DNA of 64,000 nucleotides. It comes from Schmidtea nova. Lineage: Eukaryota. The translations under genes and the position numbers were made by a program. This document shows, piece after piece, positions 46,451 to 60,250 of this stretch (the stretch's first letter is position 1; every line of letters begins with the position of its first letter). The stretch is taken from NCBI GenBank assembly GCA_044892505.1, contig CM097882.1:25978001-26042000 (forward strand), read 5' to 3'. The notes under the pieces are model-generated. The model saw nothing but the letters and a program-made list of their open reading frames with translations. It did no database searches and had not been told where the DNA came from.

Positions 46451-48839
46451 ATAGGATTTTCTACTCCGAGATATTTCTCGGGCAATAAGGGACTCTGAAT
46501 TTTTGTTCAGGGAATTTTTATACATGAATTTTTATGCATGAAATTTTGTTCTGGTAATTTTGTATAGGATTTTGGTATGGATTTTTTGAATAGAATTTTC
46601 AACTCCCAGATTTTTCTCAGGTAAAAAGGGACTCTGGTAATTTTGAATTGAAATTTAAAAAACACGTGTAAATTTTTTAAACAAGTAAAATAGATTGAAA
46701 TTATTTTGAATAGGATTTTCTACTCTGTGATTTTTTCTCAGGCAAAAAAGGACTCTGATATTTTTTAACTGAAATTTATTTGTAAATAAAAACACGTGTA
46801 AATTTTTTAAACAAGTAAAATAGATTGAAATTATTTTGAGTAGGATTTTCTACTCTGATTTTTTGTCAGGCAAAAAAGGACTCTGGTTATTTTGAACTGG
46901 AATGTTAAATAGATTTAAATGGTTAAATTAAATAGACAATAAAACATGGAAAATTTTAGAAAAACAAAAGAATGACATAATATTTAAAATTTAATAAAAA
47001 AGGGTTAAATTAGGGCAAAGTCAGAGTTGAAATGATATAATATTTAAAATTTAATAAAAAAGGGTAAAATTAAGGCAAAGTCAGAGTTGAAATGACATAA
47101 TATGAAAATTTAAAAAATAAGTACGAAATTTTTTGGGAAATCTCAGAGACGCTAAATTTAAAAGTAAAATTTTTGAAGTAAATTTTTCAAAGTAAAATTT
47201 TTTTTAGAATAAAATTTATATACAATTTAAATTTTTATAAAATCTTAAACTAAATACAATAAACTTTTTTATACTGAAATTTTCAAGAGATTTTTATAGT
47301 AAATAAAAAACATGTAAATTTAGAAAAATGTTAAATAAATTTAAAAGGTTAAATTAAAACATGGAGAATTTTACAAAAATAAAAGAATGACATAATATTT
47401 AAAATTTAATAAAAAAGGGTAAAATTAAGGCAATGTTAGAATTGAAATGACATAATTCTTAAAAATTTAATAAAAAGGGTAAATTTAAAGTAAAGTCAGA
47501 CTTGAAATGACATAATATGAAAATTTAAAAAATAAGTACGAAATTTTTTGGGAAATCTCAGAGTTGGTAAATTTTTAAATATTAAATTAAAATTTTTTCT
47601 CAAAATGAAATTTTTTAACCAATAAAAGTCTTAACAAATAAAATTTTTTAACAAATAAAAATTAAACACTACAAATTGAATTTCAAATACAAAATTTTAT
47701 TCAGGAAAAGTTTTGTTGTAATATATATTCTTCTTAATTCTGTCAAAAGAAAGTGTTTGGTCTGGGAATTTCCAAAAATTAAAAAATTGTCAGAATTCAA
47801 TAATTTTTATACCAATCTACTGAGAATTGAAAGGCGAACAATAAAGGTCAAAAAATTAAAATCATGAAAAAATCAAAATTTTATACAGGAAATGTCAGTC
47901 TCAGTAAAAAGGGTAAAGTTCATAAAAAACGTGGAAATATTTAAAAAAATTTTAAACTAAATAATTAAATCTAAATAAATTTATGATAATTAAATAAAAA
48001 AGTAAATACTTTCTATACGAATTTCCAAACTCAGTAAATAATTCACTCAATATTGTTGTATTGAATTTATTAAGTAAAATGGTACATTAAATAAAAAGCA
48101 TGGAAATAATAAGTCAATTAAAGTTAGAATTTTAAAATAATTTGTACTGGATTTATGAAAAATGATAAAGTAAATAAATTAAAGATAGAATTTAAAAAAT
48201 AAATTAAGAATTTAAAGATAAATAGAATTATAAGCAAATAATTTTTTTTAAATAAGTAAATTAAGAAAGGCGTGAGTTTTAATGACATAATTTTAAAATG
48301 AATTGGTTTTAAATGAACTTTTTATTGTAATATTTGAAAAATGTGAGAATAATTAAATATTTTTGAAATTCTTTAAATTAAAATTTTTTAACAATAAAGT
48401 CAATGTAAAATTTTTTTTAACAATAAAATCAATGTAAAAAAATTTTTTTTTTAAACATTAACCAACAAGTAAAATTTATTAATTAATAAATACAAAGTAA
48501 ATATGTTTTCACAAGTAAATATTTTTCACAAGTAAAATTTTTAATTAATAAATACAAATCTAACTGTTTTTCAATATGATCTTTTTTTAAAGGAAATGAT
48601 CAAAGAACAACAAATAAATGTAATAAATAAAACACATGTAAATATTAAATTTATGTAGAATAAAAGTAGTTATTAAACAAGAGTTGTTACAATTTGTATA
48701 CTAAGTTAAAAAATATCGATTAATGTCATAAATTTTTCAAAATAAACGTAATAATTGAAAATATGTGAACAAGTAAAATAATAATATTAATAATAATAGT
48801 AAGTAACGTCTATCAATCAATCTAAGTACCAACAATAAA

Positions 48840-50160
48840 ACGATCAACTAACTAATAATCTCATTACACACACAAATCAACCACTGACTAGTAACTGATC
48901 AAATGCCAACTGACTCTATCCACAAATCAAAAACCTACTAGTTACTTACCAGTTAAAACTGACTCTATGTATTAACCAACTAAAAGAATTGATCCATATG
49001 TCAATCAATTATCTCTTCCTATTAACTATATATCAATTATTCCAATCCCCTTAGTTAACAAACAGACCAATTCCTTACTTACCAAATAGTTCTATACATC
49101 AACCAACTAACTGTATTCACAAATCCCCAACCAACTACACTAATCAACTAACTAACTATACACACTAACCAACAACTAATCTCTTACTTACCAACTACAT
49201 CAATACATCAACAAACTAACTCTTCACATTAACCAACAAATTTTATTCATTATTCTTATACCATCCATGCCAACTATATTAACCAACTAACTAACTAAAC
49301 ACTCTAACTATCAACCAATACCTTACTTCCCAACTACTTCTTCTCATTAACCAACTAAATCTATTCACAAATCACCAATCAACTACCCACTCTATACATA
49401 CTTACCAGTCAGCAATCAAATACTTACCTACCAAGTAGTTTTACACATTAACCAACTACTTCTAAATGTTAACCAACTAGTTCTATACACCCACTAATTG
49501 GTTCTATTCATTAATCCTATGCCAATCAACCAACCAACCGCTGTATACATACTAACCAGCAATAAATTCCTTACTAACCAAATAGTTCTATACATTAATG
49601 TTATATCTATCAATCAACCAAACAACTACACTAACCAACTAACTAACTATACATACTAACCAGCAACCAGTTCCTTACTAACCAACTAGTTATATACATT
49701 AACCAACTAAATCTATTCACAAATCACCAACCAACTACCCCCTCTATACATACTAACCAGTCAGCAATCAAATACTTACCTACCAAGTAGTTTTACACAT
49801 TAACCAACTACTTCTACATGTTAACCGACTAGTTCTATACACGAACTAATTGGTTCTATTCATTAATCCTATACCAACCAACCAACTAACCGCTCTATAC
49901 ATACTAACCAGCAATCAATTCCTTACTAACCAACTAGTTCTATACATTAGTCTTATACCTATCAATCAACCAACCAACTACTCTATCCAACCAACTAACT
50001 ATACATACTAACCAGCAACCAATTCCTTACTTACCAACTATTTATAAACATTAACGAACTAACTCTATTCATAAATCAACAACAGACTAGTTACTTATTA
50101 AATATAAATTGATTCTATCCACAATCAATTAGTTAAATCAACTAATCAGATACCAACTGA
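48840..50160. repeat. AACCAACT-rich satellite of the left arm (mirror image at ~52180-53420)
   Basis: A/C-rich on the + strand here and G/T-rich in the mirror. Unit copy number differs between arms. Confidence 0.85.
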
Positions 50161-51409
50161 CTCTATATATTAAACAAATAAATCTTCACTCTAAGGAAAT
50201 TGTTCCACGTATAAATTAACTCTTCGTATTAACTATATATGATATTTAAAACTAACTGATTCTAAATTTCGTGTCATAAAATTAAATTTATTATTTAGAA
50301 TAATTGAATTAATCTTTAGTTGATTATCAGTTTATAAAAAGGTATACAAATAACCACGTTGTTAAATAAATTTTTTTTTATTAAATAAAGTTCTTAAAAT
50401 TTAGAATATATTTAAAATACAAATGACTCTTAATCCAAAGCTCTATTGAAATCATTGTTCATCTAATTCTTCACTCGATAACTAACATGTATAATTAATT
50501 TAAAAACCATTATAAAAACTCAGTTAACTAGGTAAACCTATTAAAATGATAAGTAAGCAACTAATGAAATATTTTTTGATACTTCTTATTACATGTTCAA
50601 ATTAATTCTTCACTCCGTTAATGTAAAGGATTAAATAAATAAATATTCAATTAATTCTTTGTTGATTGTCAATAAATTCTAAAAATAATAAAAATAATAA
50701 AAATTAATTCAAAGATTTCAATACAAATATTTATTTATTAAACAATTTATTAACCACGCTAAACAGTGCTACCAAGCATCTTTTATAAATTTCATAAGGA
50801 ATATTCGAAACAGATTTAATGTTACAAAAATTACTACGTGGTAATAATAATAAAAATAATAAAAATAATAAAAATAATAATATTAATAATTCACTGAAAA
50901 TATTTTAAATGAAAAATCAATAAATATTTTGGTAAAATTTTTATTACCAATTATATTCAGTATCAGAACTTTTCTAATATAACCTTAGTAACAGCACCTT
51001 GCTAACAAAACCTTGGTAGAAGAACTTCTTTTGTGATGGTTTTTGCCTGAAAAAGATTCATACTGTATATTCAATTATACATCATTATTGATACATTTTC
51101 ATTAAATTTATCACGTAGCAGAACCTTTCTAGCAGAACCTCTTTTGTGATTGTGTTTGCCTGCAAAAGAATTATACTATATTTTTTTGCTCATATATCAA
51201 TCAATTATATCCAGTATTAGAACCTTGGTAGAAGAACTTATTTTGTGATAGTTTTTGCCTGAAAAAGATTCATATTGTATATTCACTTATATACCATTAT
51301 TGTTACATTTTCATTAAATTTATCACGTAGCAGAACGTTTCTAGCAGAACCTTTGGTAGCAGAACCTCTTTTGTGATGGTTTTTACCTGCAAAAGATTCA
51401 AATTATATT

Positions 51410-51630
51410 TTCATGATTGCAGTTTATGTGAAACCCGATAAAATACACATGTTTAATCCAATGGGATTTCATTATCCGTCGCTATTGATGAAAAACATAT
51501 CGTCAAGGTTGATGTGAATTGAATATAACAGAATCTGATACTAGAATGCAATGACAAAAAACACTTGGTAGCACTGTTTAGCGTGGTTAATAAAAATGTT
51601 TAATAAAAAAAATATTTGTATTGAAATTTT
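51410..51630 (+). pseudogene. Polinton cysteine protease (adenain-like) remnant
   Basis: IAVYV...HMFNPMG...IEYN.I.Y.N...HCLAWL, with stops. Confidence 0.55.
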
Positions 51631-54600
51631 TGAATTAATTATTATTATTTTTAGAATTTATTGACAATCAACAAAGAATTAATTGAATATTTATTTATTT
51701 AATCCTTTACATTAACGGAGTGAAGAATTAATTTGAACATGTAATAAGAAGTATCAAAAAATATTTCATTAGTTGCTTACTTATCCTTTTAATAGGTTTA
51801 CCTAGTTAACGGAGTTTTTATAATGGTTTTTTAATTAATTATACATGTTAGTTATCGAGTGAAGAATTAGATGAACAATGATTTCAATAGAGCTTTGGAT
51901 TAAAAGTTATTTGTATTTTAAATATATTCTAAATTTTAAGAACTCTATTTAATAAAAAAAATTTATTTTAACAACGTGGTTATTTGTATACCTTTTTAAA
52001 AACTGATAATCAACTAAAGATTAATTCAATTATTCTAAGTAATAAATTTAATTTTATGACACGAAATTTAGAATCAGTTAGTTTTAAATATCATATCTAG
52101 TTAATACGAAGAGTTAATTTATACGTGGAACAATTTCCTTAGAGTGAAGATTTATTTGTTTAATATATAGAGTCAGTTGGTATCTGATTAGTTGATTTAA
52201 CTAATTGATTGTGGATAGAATCAATTTATATTTAATAAGTAACTAGTCTGTTGTTGATTTATGAATAGAGTTAGTTGGTTAATGTATATAAATAGTTGGT
52301 AAGTAAGGAATTGGTTGCTGGTTAGTATGTATAGTTAGTTGGTTGGTTAGAGTAGTTGGTTGGTGATTTGTGAATAGAGTTAGTTGGTTAGTGTAGTTGT
52401 TTGGTTGATTGATAGGTATAAGATTAATGTATAGAACTAGTTGGTTAGTAAGGAATTGATTGCTGGTTAGTATGTATAGAGCGGTTAGTTGGTTGGTTGG
52501 TATAGGATTAATGAATAGAACCAATTAGTTGGTGTATAGAACTAGTTGGTTAACATGTAGAAGTAGTTGGTTAATGTGTAAAACTACTTAATAGGATAGT
52601 ATTTGGTTGCTGACTGGTTAGTATGTATAGAGTGGGTAGTTGGTTGGTGATTTGTGAATAGATTTAGTTGGTTAATGTATATAACTAGTTGGTTAGTAAG
52701 GAATTGGTTGCTGGTTAGTATGTATAGTTAGTTGGTTAGTGTAGTTGTTTGGTTGATTGATAGATATAACATTAATGTATAGAACTATTTGGTTAGTAAG
52801 GAATTTATTGCTGGTTAGTATGTATACAGCGGTTGGTTGGTTGGTGATTTGTGAATAGATTTAGTTGGTTAATGAGAAGAAGTAGTTGGGAAGTAAGGTA
52901 TTGGTTGATAGTTAGAGTGTTTAGTTAGTTAGTTGGTTAATATAGTTGGCATGGATGGTATAAGAATAATGAATAAAATTTGTTGGTTAATGTGAAGAGT
53001 TAGTTTGTTGATGTATTGATGTAGTTGGTAAGTAAGAGATTAGTTGTTGGTTAGTGTGTATAGTTAGTTAGTTGATTAGTGTAGTTGGTTGGGGATTTGT
53101 GAATACAGTTAGTTGGTTGATGTATAGAACTATTTGATAAGTAAGGAATTGGTCTGTTTGTTAACTAAGGGGATTGGAATAATTGATATATAGTTAATAG
53201 GAAGAGATAATTGATTGACATATGGATCAATTTTTTTAGTTGGTTAATACATAGAGTCAGTTTTAACTGGTAAGTAACTAGTAGGTTTTTGATTTGTGGA
53301 TAGAGTCAGTTGGCATTTGATCAGTTACTAGTCAGTGGTTGATTTGTGTGTGTAATGAGATTATTAGTTAGTTGATCGTTTTATTGTTGGTACTTAGATT
53401 GATTGATAGACGTTACTTACTATTATTATTAATATTATTATTTTACTTGTTCACATATTTTCAATTATTACGTTTATTTTTAAAAATTTATGACATTAAT
53501 CGATATTTTTTAACTTAGTATACAAATTGTAACAACTCTTGTTTAATAACTACTTTTATTCTACATAAATTTAATATTTACATGTGTTTTATTTATTACA
53601 TTTATTTGTTGTTCTTTGATCATTTCCTTTAAAAAAAGATCATATTGAAAAACAGTTAGATTTGTATTTATTAATTAAAAATTTTACTTGTGAAAAATAT
53701 TTACTTGTGAAAACATATTTACTTTGTATTTATTAATTAATAAATTTTACTTGTTGGTTAATGTTTAAAAAAAAAATTTTTTTACATTGATTTTATTGTT
53801 AAAAAAAATTTTACATTGACTTTATTGTTAAAAAATTTTAATTTAAAGAATTTCAAAAATATTTAATTATTCTCACATTTTTCAAATATTACAATAAAAA
53901 GTTCATTTAAAACCAATTCATTTTAAAATTATGTCATTAAAACTCACGCCTTTCTTAATTTACTTATTTAAAAAAAATTATTTGCTTATAATTCTATTTA
54001 TCTTTAAATTCTTAATTTATTTTTTAAATTCTATCTTTAATTTATTTACTTTATCATTTTTCATAAATTCAGTACAAATTATTTTAAAATTCTAACTTTA
54101 ATTGACTTATTATTTCCATGCTTTTTATTTAATGTACCATTTTACTTAATAAATTCAATACAACAATATTGAGTGAATTATTTACTGAGTTTGGAAATTC
54201 GTATAGAAAGTATTTACTTTTTTATTTAATTATCATAAATTTATTTAGATTTAATTATTTAGTTTAAAATTTTTTTAAATATTTCCACGTTTTTTATGAA
54301 CTTTACCCTTTTTACTGAGACTGACATTTCCTGTATAAAATTTTGATTTTTTCATGATTTTAATTTTTTGACCTTTATTGTTCGCCTTTCAATTCTCAGT
54401 AGATTGGTATAAAAATTATTGAATTCTGACAATTTTTTAATTTTTGGAAATTCCCAGACCAAACACTTTCTTTTGACAGAATTAAGAAGAATATATATTA
54501 CAACAAAACCTTTCCTGAATAAACTTTTGTATTTGAAATTCGATTTGTATTGTTTAATTTTTATTTAGTAAAAAAAAAATTTTATTTGTTGTTTAATTTT

Positions 54601-56190
54601 TATTTGGTAAAAGATTTTATTTGTTAACACTTATATTTGTTTAAAAATTTCATTTTGGGAAAAAATTTAAATTTAATATTTAAAATTTTACCAACTCCGA
54701 GATTATCCAAAAAATATCGTACTTATTTTTTAAATTTTCATATTATGTCATTTCAACTCAGATTTTGCCTTAATTTTACCCTTTTTTATTAAATTTTCAT
54801 ATTATGTCATTTCAACTCTAAGTTTGCCTTTAGTTTACCCTTTTTTTATAAAATTTTAAATATTTTATCATTCTTTTGTCTTTGTAAAATTCTCCATTTT
54901 TTTTGCCTATTTAACTTAACCACGCGTTAAATATCCTTTTCTTAAATATTTATTTTAAATTCCTGTTCAAAATTACCAGAGTCCCTTTATGTCCGAGAAA
55001 AATCTCGGAGTAGAAAATACTATATAAAATTAATTTCAATCTATTTTACTAGTTTAAAAAATTTACACGTGTTTTTATTTACCATTAAAATTTCAGTTCA
55101 AAATTACCATTCTATTTTTGCCCTAGAAAAATCTGGGAGTAGAAAATCCTATTCAAAATACTTTAAAGATAATTTACTTGTTTAAAAAAAAGTTTACACG
55201 TGTTTTTTATTTACCATTAAAAATTTTAATTTCAGTTAAAAATTACCAGAGTACTTATTTGCCCTAGAAAATTGTGGGAATTGAAAATCCTATTCAAAAT
55301 AATTTCAATGTATTTTACTAGCTTAAAAAATTTACGTGTTTTTATTTACCATTAAAATTTCAGTTCAAAATTACCAGAGTCTATTTTTGCCCTAGAAAAA
55401 TCTGGGAGTAGAAAATCCTATTCAAAATACTTTAATGATAATTTACTTGTTTAAAAAAAAATATACACGTGTTTTTTATCTACCATTAAAAATTTTAATT
55501 TCAGTTAAAAATTACCAGAGTCCCCTTTTGCCCTAGAAAATTATGGGAATTGAAAATCCTATTCAAAATAATTTCAATGTATTTTACTAGTTTAAAATAT
55601 TTACACGTTTTTTTATTTACCATTAAAATATATATTTCAGTTTAAAATTACCAGAGTCCCTTTTTGCCCAAGAAAATTGTGGGAATTGAAAATTCTATTC
55701 AAAATAATTTCTATCTATTTTCCTAGTTTAAAAAATTTACACGTGTTTTCATTTACCATAAAAATTTCAGTTCAAAAATACCAGAGTCCCTTTTTGCCCG
55801 AGAAAAAATCTCGGAGCTCAAAATCATATACAAAAATACCAGACCAAAAATCCTATTCAAAATAACCAGACTAAAAATCCTATTCAAAATAACCAAACTA
55901 AAAATCCTATACAAAAATACCAGACCAAAAATCCATGTATAAAAATCCCTGTACAAAAATCCAGTGTCCCTTTTTTGCCCGAGAAAAATTCTATTCAAAA
56001 GATCGACAAAAGTTAACTTCATTTAAACAAAATTTAAAAATTTAAAAATTAAATTGACTTCATTTAAACAAAAAGAAATAAAATAAATAAATAAATTGAC
56101 TTCATTTAAACAAAAAAATTAAAAATTAAAAACAAGAACAAGAACAGGGGGCGGGGGTGTTCCTGTGGTTGGGCGCTCCCCCTACTCTAC

Positions 56191-56833
56191 TAGTATGTAC
56201 CAGCTGCAGTATGAAGAGTTACAAAAATATCGTAACGAATTCAACTGCGAAATCAACATCGTAGCTGGTGACACTGATTCATTTTTTCTTGAGATTAGAA
56301 ATTGTAAGCTTGATATTCTTTTACCGGCCATGATAAGAGATAACTTGCTAGACACTTCTAATTATGATCCGAATCACCCATTATACAGTAGGAACCTTGA
56401 TTCTGTCATTAGGAAGTTCAAAGACGAGAATAAAGGGCTTAAGTACGAGGAGTGGGTGTTTCTTAGACCAAAATGTTATAGTCTTTTAGGTGACGAGGAA
56501 ACTAATAAAGCTAAGGGGGCAAAATTGAAGGGTACTAACATAAAGCATCAGTCGTACCTGGACTGTTTTAATAATAACCAAATATTTTCTGTTCCCCAAA
56601 CCAGAATCACAAGTAAAAATCATCAACTTTTTACTATTATAAATGAAAAGACTGCACTGACAAACGCAGATGATAAAAGGAAATGGGTAGCAAAAAATAA
56701 AAGCTTGGCATATGGCCATTATATGGGAGGTGACTTGGTTATATTTCAACATACCGATCCAAGAATCAATACAGATCAACAATCTCAAGATCAAACTGAA
56801 GAAGAAACAGTTTTATTAAATAAAATTTGTTGA
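56191..56833 (+). pseudogene. pPolB C-terminal fragment, open frame, 5'-truncated by the CTACT terminus
   Basis: IVAGDTDSFF, KFKDE, FLRPKCYS, KAKG and DDKR. A possible Maverick end CCTACT lies at 57409-57414. Confidence 0.88.
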
Positions 56834-57839
56834 AAAACTTTGTTTTTTATTGTTTTCATTTATTTAGTTATATATTGTACAGATAAGTTTCAGTCTGTTT
56901 TTATAAATTGATTATTAATTTTTAGAAACTATGGTTATGTCATAGAAATAATAATGATAATAATATTAATAATGAAATAAGTAATAAGTAATAAATAATT
57001 AGTTTAATATTTATCGTATTTGAGCATGTATTTTTTTGCTGTTGTTGTGTATAGTCGTCTCATTTTGTTATATGTTTATAAAATTTTGAGCAGTGCTTTC
57101 ATTGAACGTTTATCATTGAAGTTGGTTAAAAATAATAATATCAATAATAAATTATACTAACAAAAGTAAATTAATAATATTTTAAAAATAATAAATAAAA
57201 TAAATAAATAAATAATTAAAATAAAATTAATAAATAAAATAAAATAAATATAGTTTAAATAAAAAAATAATAAGAAATTATAATTTAATTAATTAATAAA
57301 AAAATTAAAATAATAATAAAAAAATCCAAACATTTAAACAAAACACACTTTAAAAATGGCGCCGAAAAACGCGCGATAACTCATACGGATACAGACCTGA
57401 CATAGCCTCCTACTATTAGGCTGGAAGGAAAGTTCTGTCGTATTTTTAATAGGCGTGGCTAATTAGGTTTTTTCGAAATTTTATTTATTTAAAAATTTTA
57501 TTTTAAATATAATAAATAAGGTTTTTACTTGTTTTATTATGTAAAATTAAATTTTTAATAGCGTTCCTTAGTTACTTGTGATATTTAAAGTGAAAATGAT
57601 GTCAGTGGATAAAGTGGATTTGTAATTTGTATGAGTTCGAGAAAAAAACAACGCGACAATTGACAATCTTTTTGTGAACTTTTTTAAAAACAAATTATAA
57701 TTAATGTGCCGCTGTATGCTAATATTTTTTAATTTTAAAATAGTTTTTTGGCTCTTCTTAAAAATATTTTAATAATTTAGCTCTGAAATTCGTTTTGGCA
57801 AAACATGGCTGTTTTAGATAAAAATAAAAAGATTCCTAT

Positions 57840-58344
57840 TCAATTCAATAATGAAAATAGCTTTTCAACAATAAATGGACATAACACAGTTAAAAGCATC
57901 AACGAAGAGAGAAAACAGATAAAAACATTCACCATAGCGGTGAGAAATAAAAACCCAAACATTTGATAATAATTGCTTTTCCATCGTTTTGCACTTGCAA
58001 ATTCAAACATTGGATGACTTCCACAATAAGTTGGTTGACACAATTTTATTTGTCGTCTTTCACCCAGACAGTCAAATCCATTACAATATCGAACTCTGAC
58101 GCTTCGACGAATTGGTCCACATATAGGATCACAAGTGGACCAAGGTAACCAGCGACCCCAGATCGATCTCTTTAAGTTGCAATTTTCTCCTGTTAATTCT
58201 GGAGGACAAATGCATCGAGTCGTTTGACCGTCTTTTGATGATACACAGTCCCCACTTTGGCAAATGGTTTTGGAACATAAATCTCGAAATGAAAGACAAT
58301 TACTGATAGTATAAGAATAATCTTGAGTCCAGGATTTTGTGCAA
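57840..58344 (-). CDS. Terminal exon of a membrane protein: EGF-like + TSP1 + C-terminal transmembrane helix
   Basis: C..C.SGDC...CICPPELTGENC; WGRWLPWSTC...C...R.R.R.C...C; hydrophobic segment; AG acceptor at 58346-45. Upstream exons not identified. Confidence 0.8.
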
Positions 58345-58879
58345 CTTAAATTAGCGGAAATCACATTAAAATAATTTTAAAAAATTGAAATAATAGAAAT
58401 AGACCAGCTGTCAATATTTACGTACAAATAAGACACATATTAAAAGCAGTTGGTAGTAATTTAGCAAGTGTTTATGTATTTCTATAATAGTATTTGAATT
58501 TTGAAATTAAATATAAATATGCTTTTAAATGCAAATTTGAGGATTTTTCTAAATTGTTTGTAAACAGGTAATATTTTAAAAATGTGTATTTTAAGTAAAT
58601 TTTATTTATATGATAATTTATGTTTTTCAATGCGATTCTTCCCCACGTAGGATCATTAATTCTATTTAGAACATCAAAAATATATCCAAAAATCATTCCC
58701 GTATAGCAAATTTTTTCACTCAAATTTGTGTGTATATTTTTATTATAACATTGATACAGATAATCGTTGATGATTTTGGACCACGGTATCCATGGGAGCA
58801 AATTGAATGTTTTATTGTCTCCCCAGTTTGTGAAAGTGACAATTGGCCGTAAGAATGGAACGTTACCTCCTCTTAAAGA

Positions 58880-60250
58880 TGAAACGAGTTTGTCAAGACT
58901 GTTGTTAGAATTATATGATAATATACATATCGATGTCGACTTTGCAAGATGGATATATGCGAAAAGATTCCTGCCAGGAAAAGTTTATGCTCTTCCAAAA
59001 TTACATAAAGAAGATATGCCTATGACACCAGTCTTATCGGCGGTAAGAGCCACTTAATATAAAATAGTCTAATTTTTGGATAGGTTATTAAAACCTTTGT
59101 TGATTTATGAGTTTGAATGTACGAATAGCTTTGAGTTTGCTTCATTTATTGCACAGTTGAACAGAAATAGTTCGGATGAAATTGTGGTTTCTTTTGATGT
59201 TTGCAGTCTATTCACTAATTTGAATTGATGGAATGTGTTACGAGAGGTGGAATGAAAATGAGTCTGAATATGAAAATGCGGATGAAATAGCTTAACGTAA
59301 ATTACTTGAATTTGTAACATTGAGTGTTAATTTTCTTTTAAAAGATTAATGGAACAAACAAGTGGATGGTGTCGCTATGGGTTCTCTATGAGCTTTGAAG
59401 ATGGCTTCCAATTTTATGTCTAGTTTGGAAAAGTAAATTTCATCATATTATCTTATTAAACCAAGTATGCGTAAAAGTCATATGGAAGATATTTCTTTGG
59501 ATTTTGAGAGTTAAAAATATGACGCATTTTTTGAATTATAAGAATGGTTTGGATACGAACATTAAATTTACTAGTGAGTAAAACAAAATGTCATTGATTG
59601 CATTTTTTGATTTACTTGTTCAACGCAAGTCGAAATATTATGAGACTGATATATATATATATATATATAATCGATTGATACTCATTTTTATGTTACATCT
59701 GACAGCTTTTGTGAATTTAAATAAGAGAAATATAGTAAGAGGATTGGTGTTTTGTGCTTGGTAATTATCTCCCAAGTTTGTTGATTCAGTAAAATGTTGA
59801 GGCTTTGGTTTAGTTGCTACTTACAAATTATTACTCTAAATCCTTCTTTTGAGAGTATTACAAAAGTGATTGTAGATAAGTTGATCTTGGTATGGGTGTG
59901 TCTGGAGTAAAGTGCCTATTGGTTCTGATGAAAGTACACTGAGTCGAAATATGTGCTGGTATTGTGTTATTCTGATGGCTTCAGAAATTTTAAGCATGAG
60001 ATTTTCAAACATGTAGACAAGGATACATTTAGGATTGTTTCCTCGTCTTGCAGAATTAGCATTATGTTCACGCAATTTGGTTTGTGCTCTGAACTCATTT
60101 ATCACTTTTCATGTAATGAATGTTATGCCACATACATTGGAAAGACTGTCCATCATCTTTACACACAGTTTTTTGAGAATTGTGGACTGGATGAGTTGAT
60201 TAATATTATGATTATTTTAGGAAATGTGACAATAAAAAACAGGTATCTCT
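58880..60250 (+). mobile_element. Penelope-like RT + GIY-YIG remnant
   Basis: YALPKLHK..P, VSFDVCSLFT, QVDGVAMGS and CNEC..TYIGKT. Confidence 0.85.

Larger units (their letters stand above)
46105..56190. mobile_element. Maverick-derived unit dominated by a ~9.5-kb inverted repeat (arms ~46440-50776 and 51564-~55990; 787-bp spacer)
   Basis: Termini AGTAGGTAG and CTACTCTACT. The arms are reverse complements. 47785-47870 is homologous to subterminal 26600-26690 of the 3.57-kb Maverick. Adenain-like remnant at the centre. Confidence 0.75.

Noticed and set aside
46220-46525. 24-aa repeat proteins
   Set aside because: The 72-bp tandem unit is open in several frames on both strands; no coding evidence.
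47650-54520. Pure fold-back sequencing artefact
   Set aside because: The arms differ by SNPs and repeat copy number and enclose a 787-bp unique spacer. Long-read confirmation is still needed.
46105-56190. Single clean Maverick insertion
   Set aside because: The flanks (CTTATA versus AGTATG) are not a 6-bp TSD and the two terminal sequences differ.
57390-57440. Hammerhead-like fold (CTGACAT-AGCCT/AGGCT-GGAA)
   Set aside because: The core deviates at several essential positions, and the site is better explained as a CCTACT Maverick end.
58472-58801. 109-aa minus-strand ORF as the upstream exon of the EGF-TSP1 gene or a viral gene
   Set aside because: No recognisable motifs or compatible splice sites; left unassigned.
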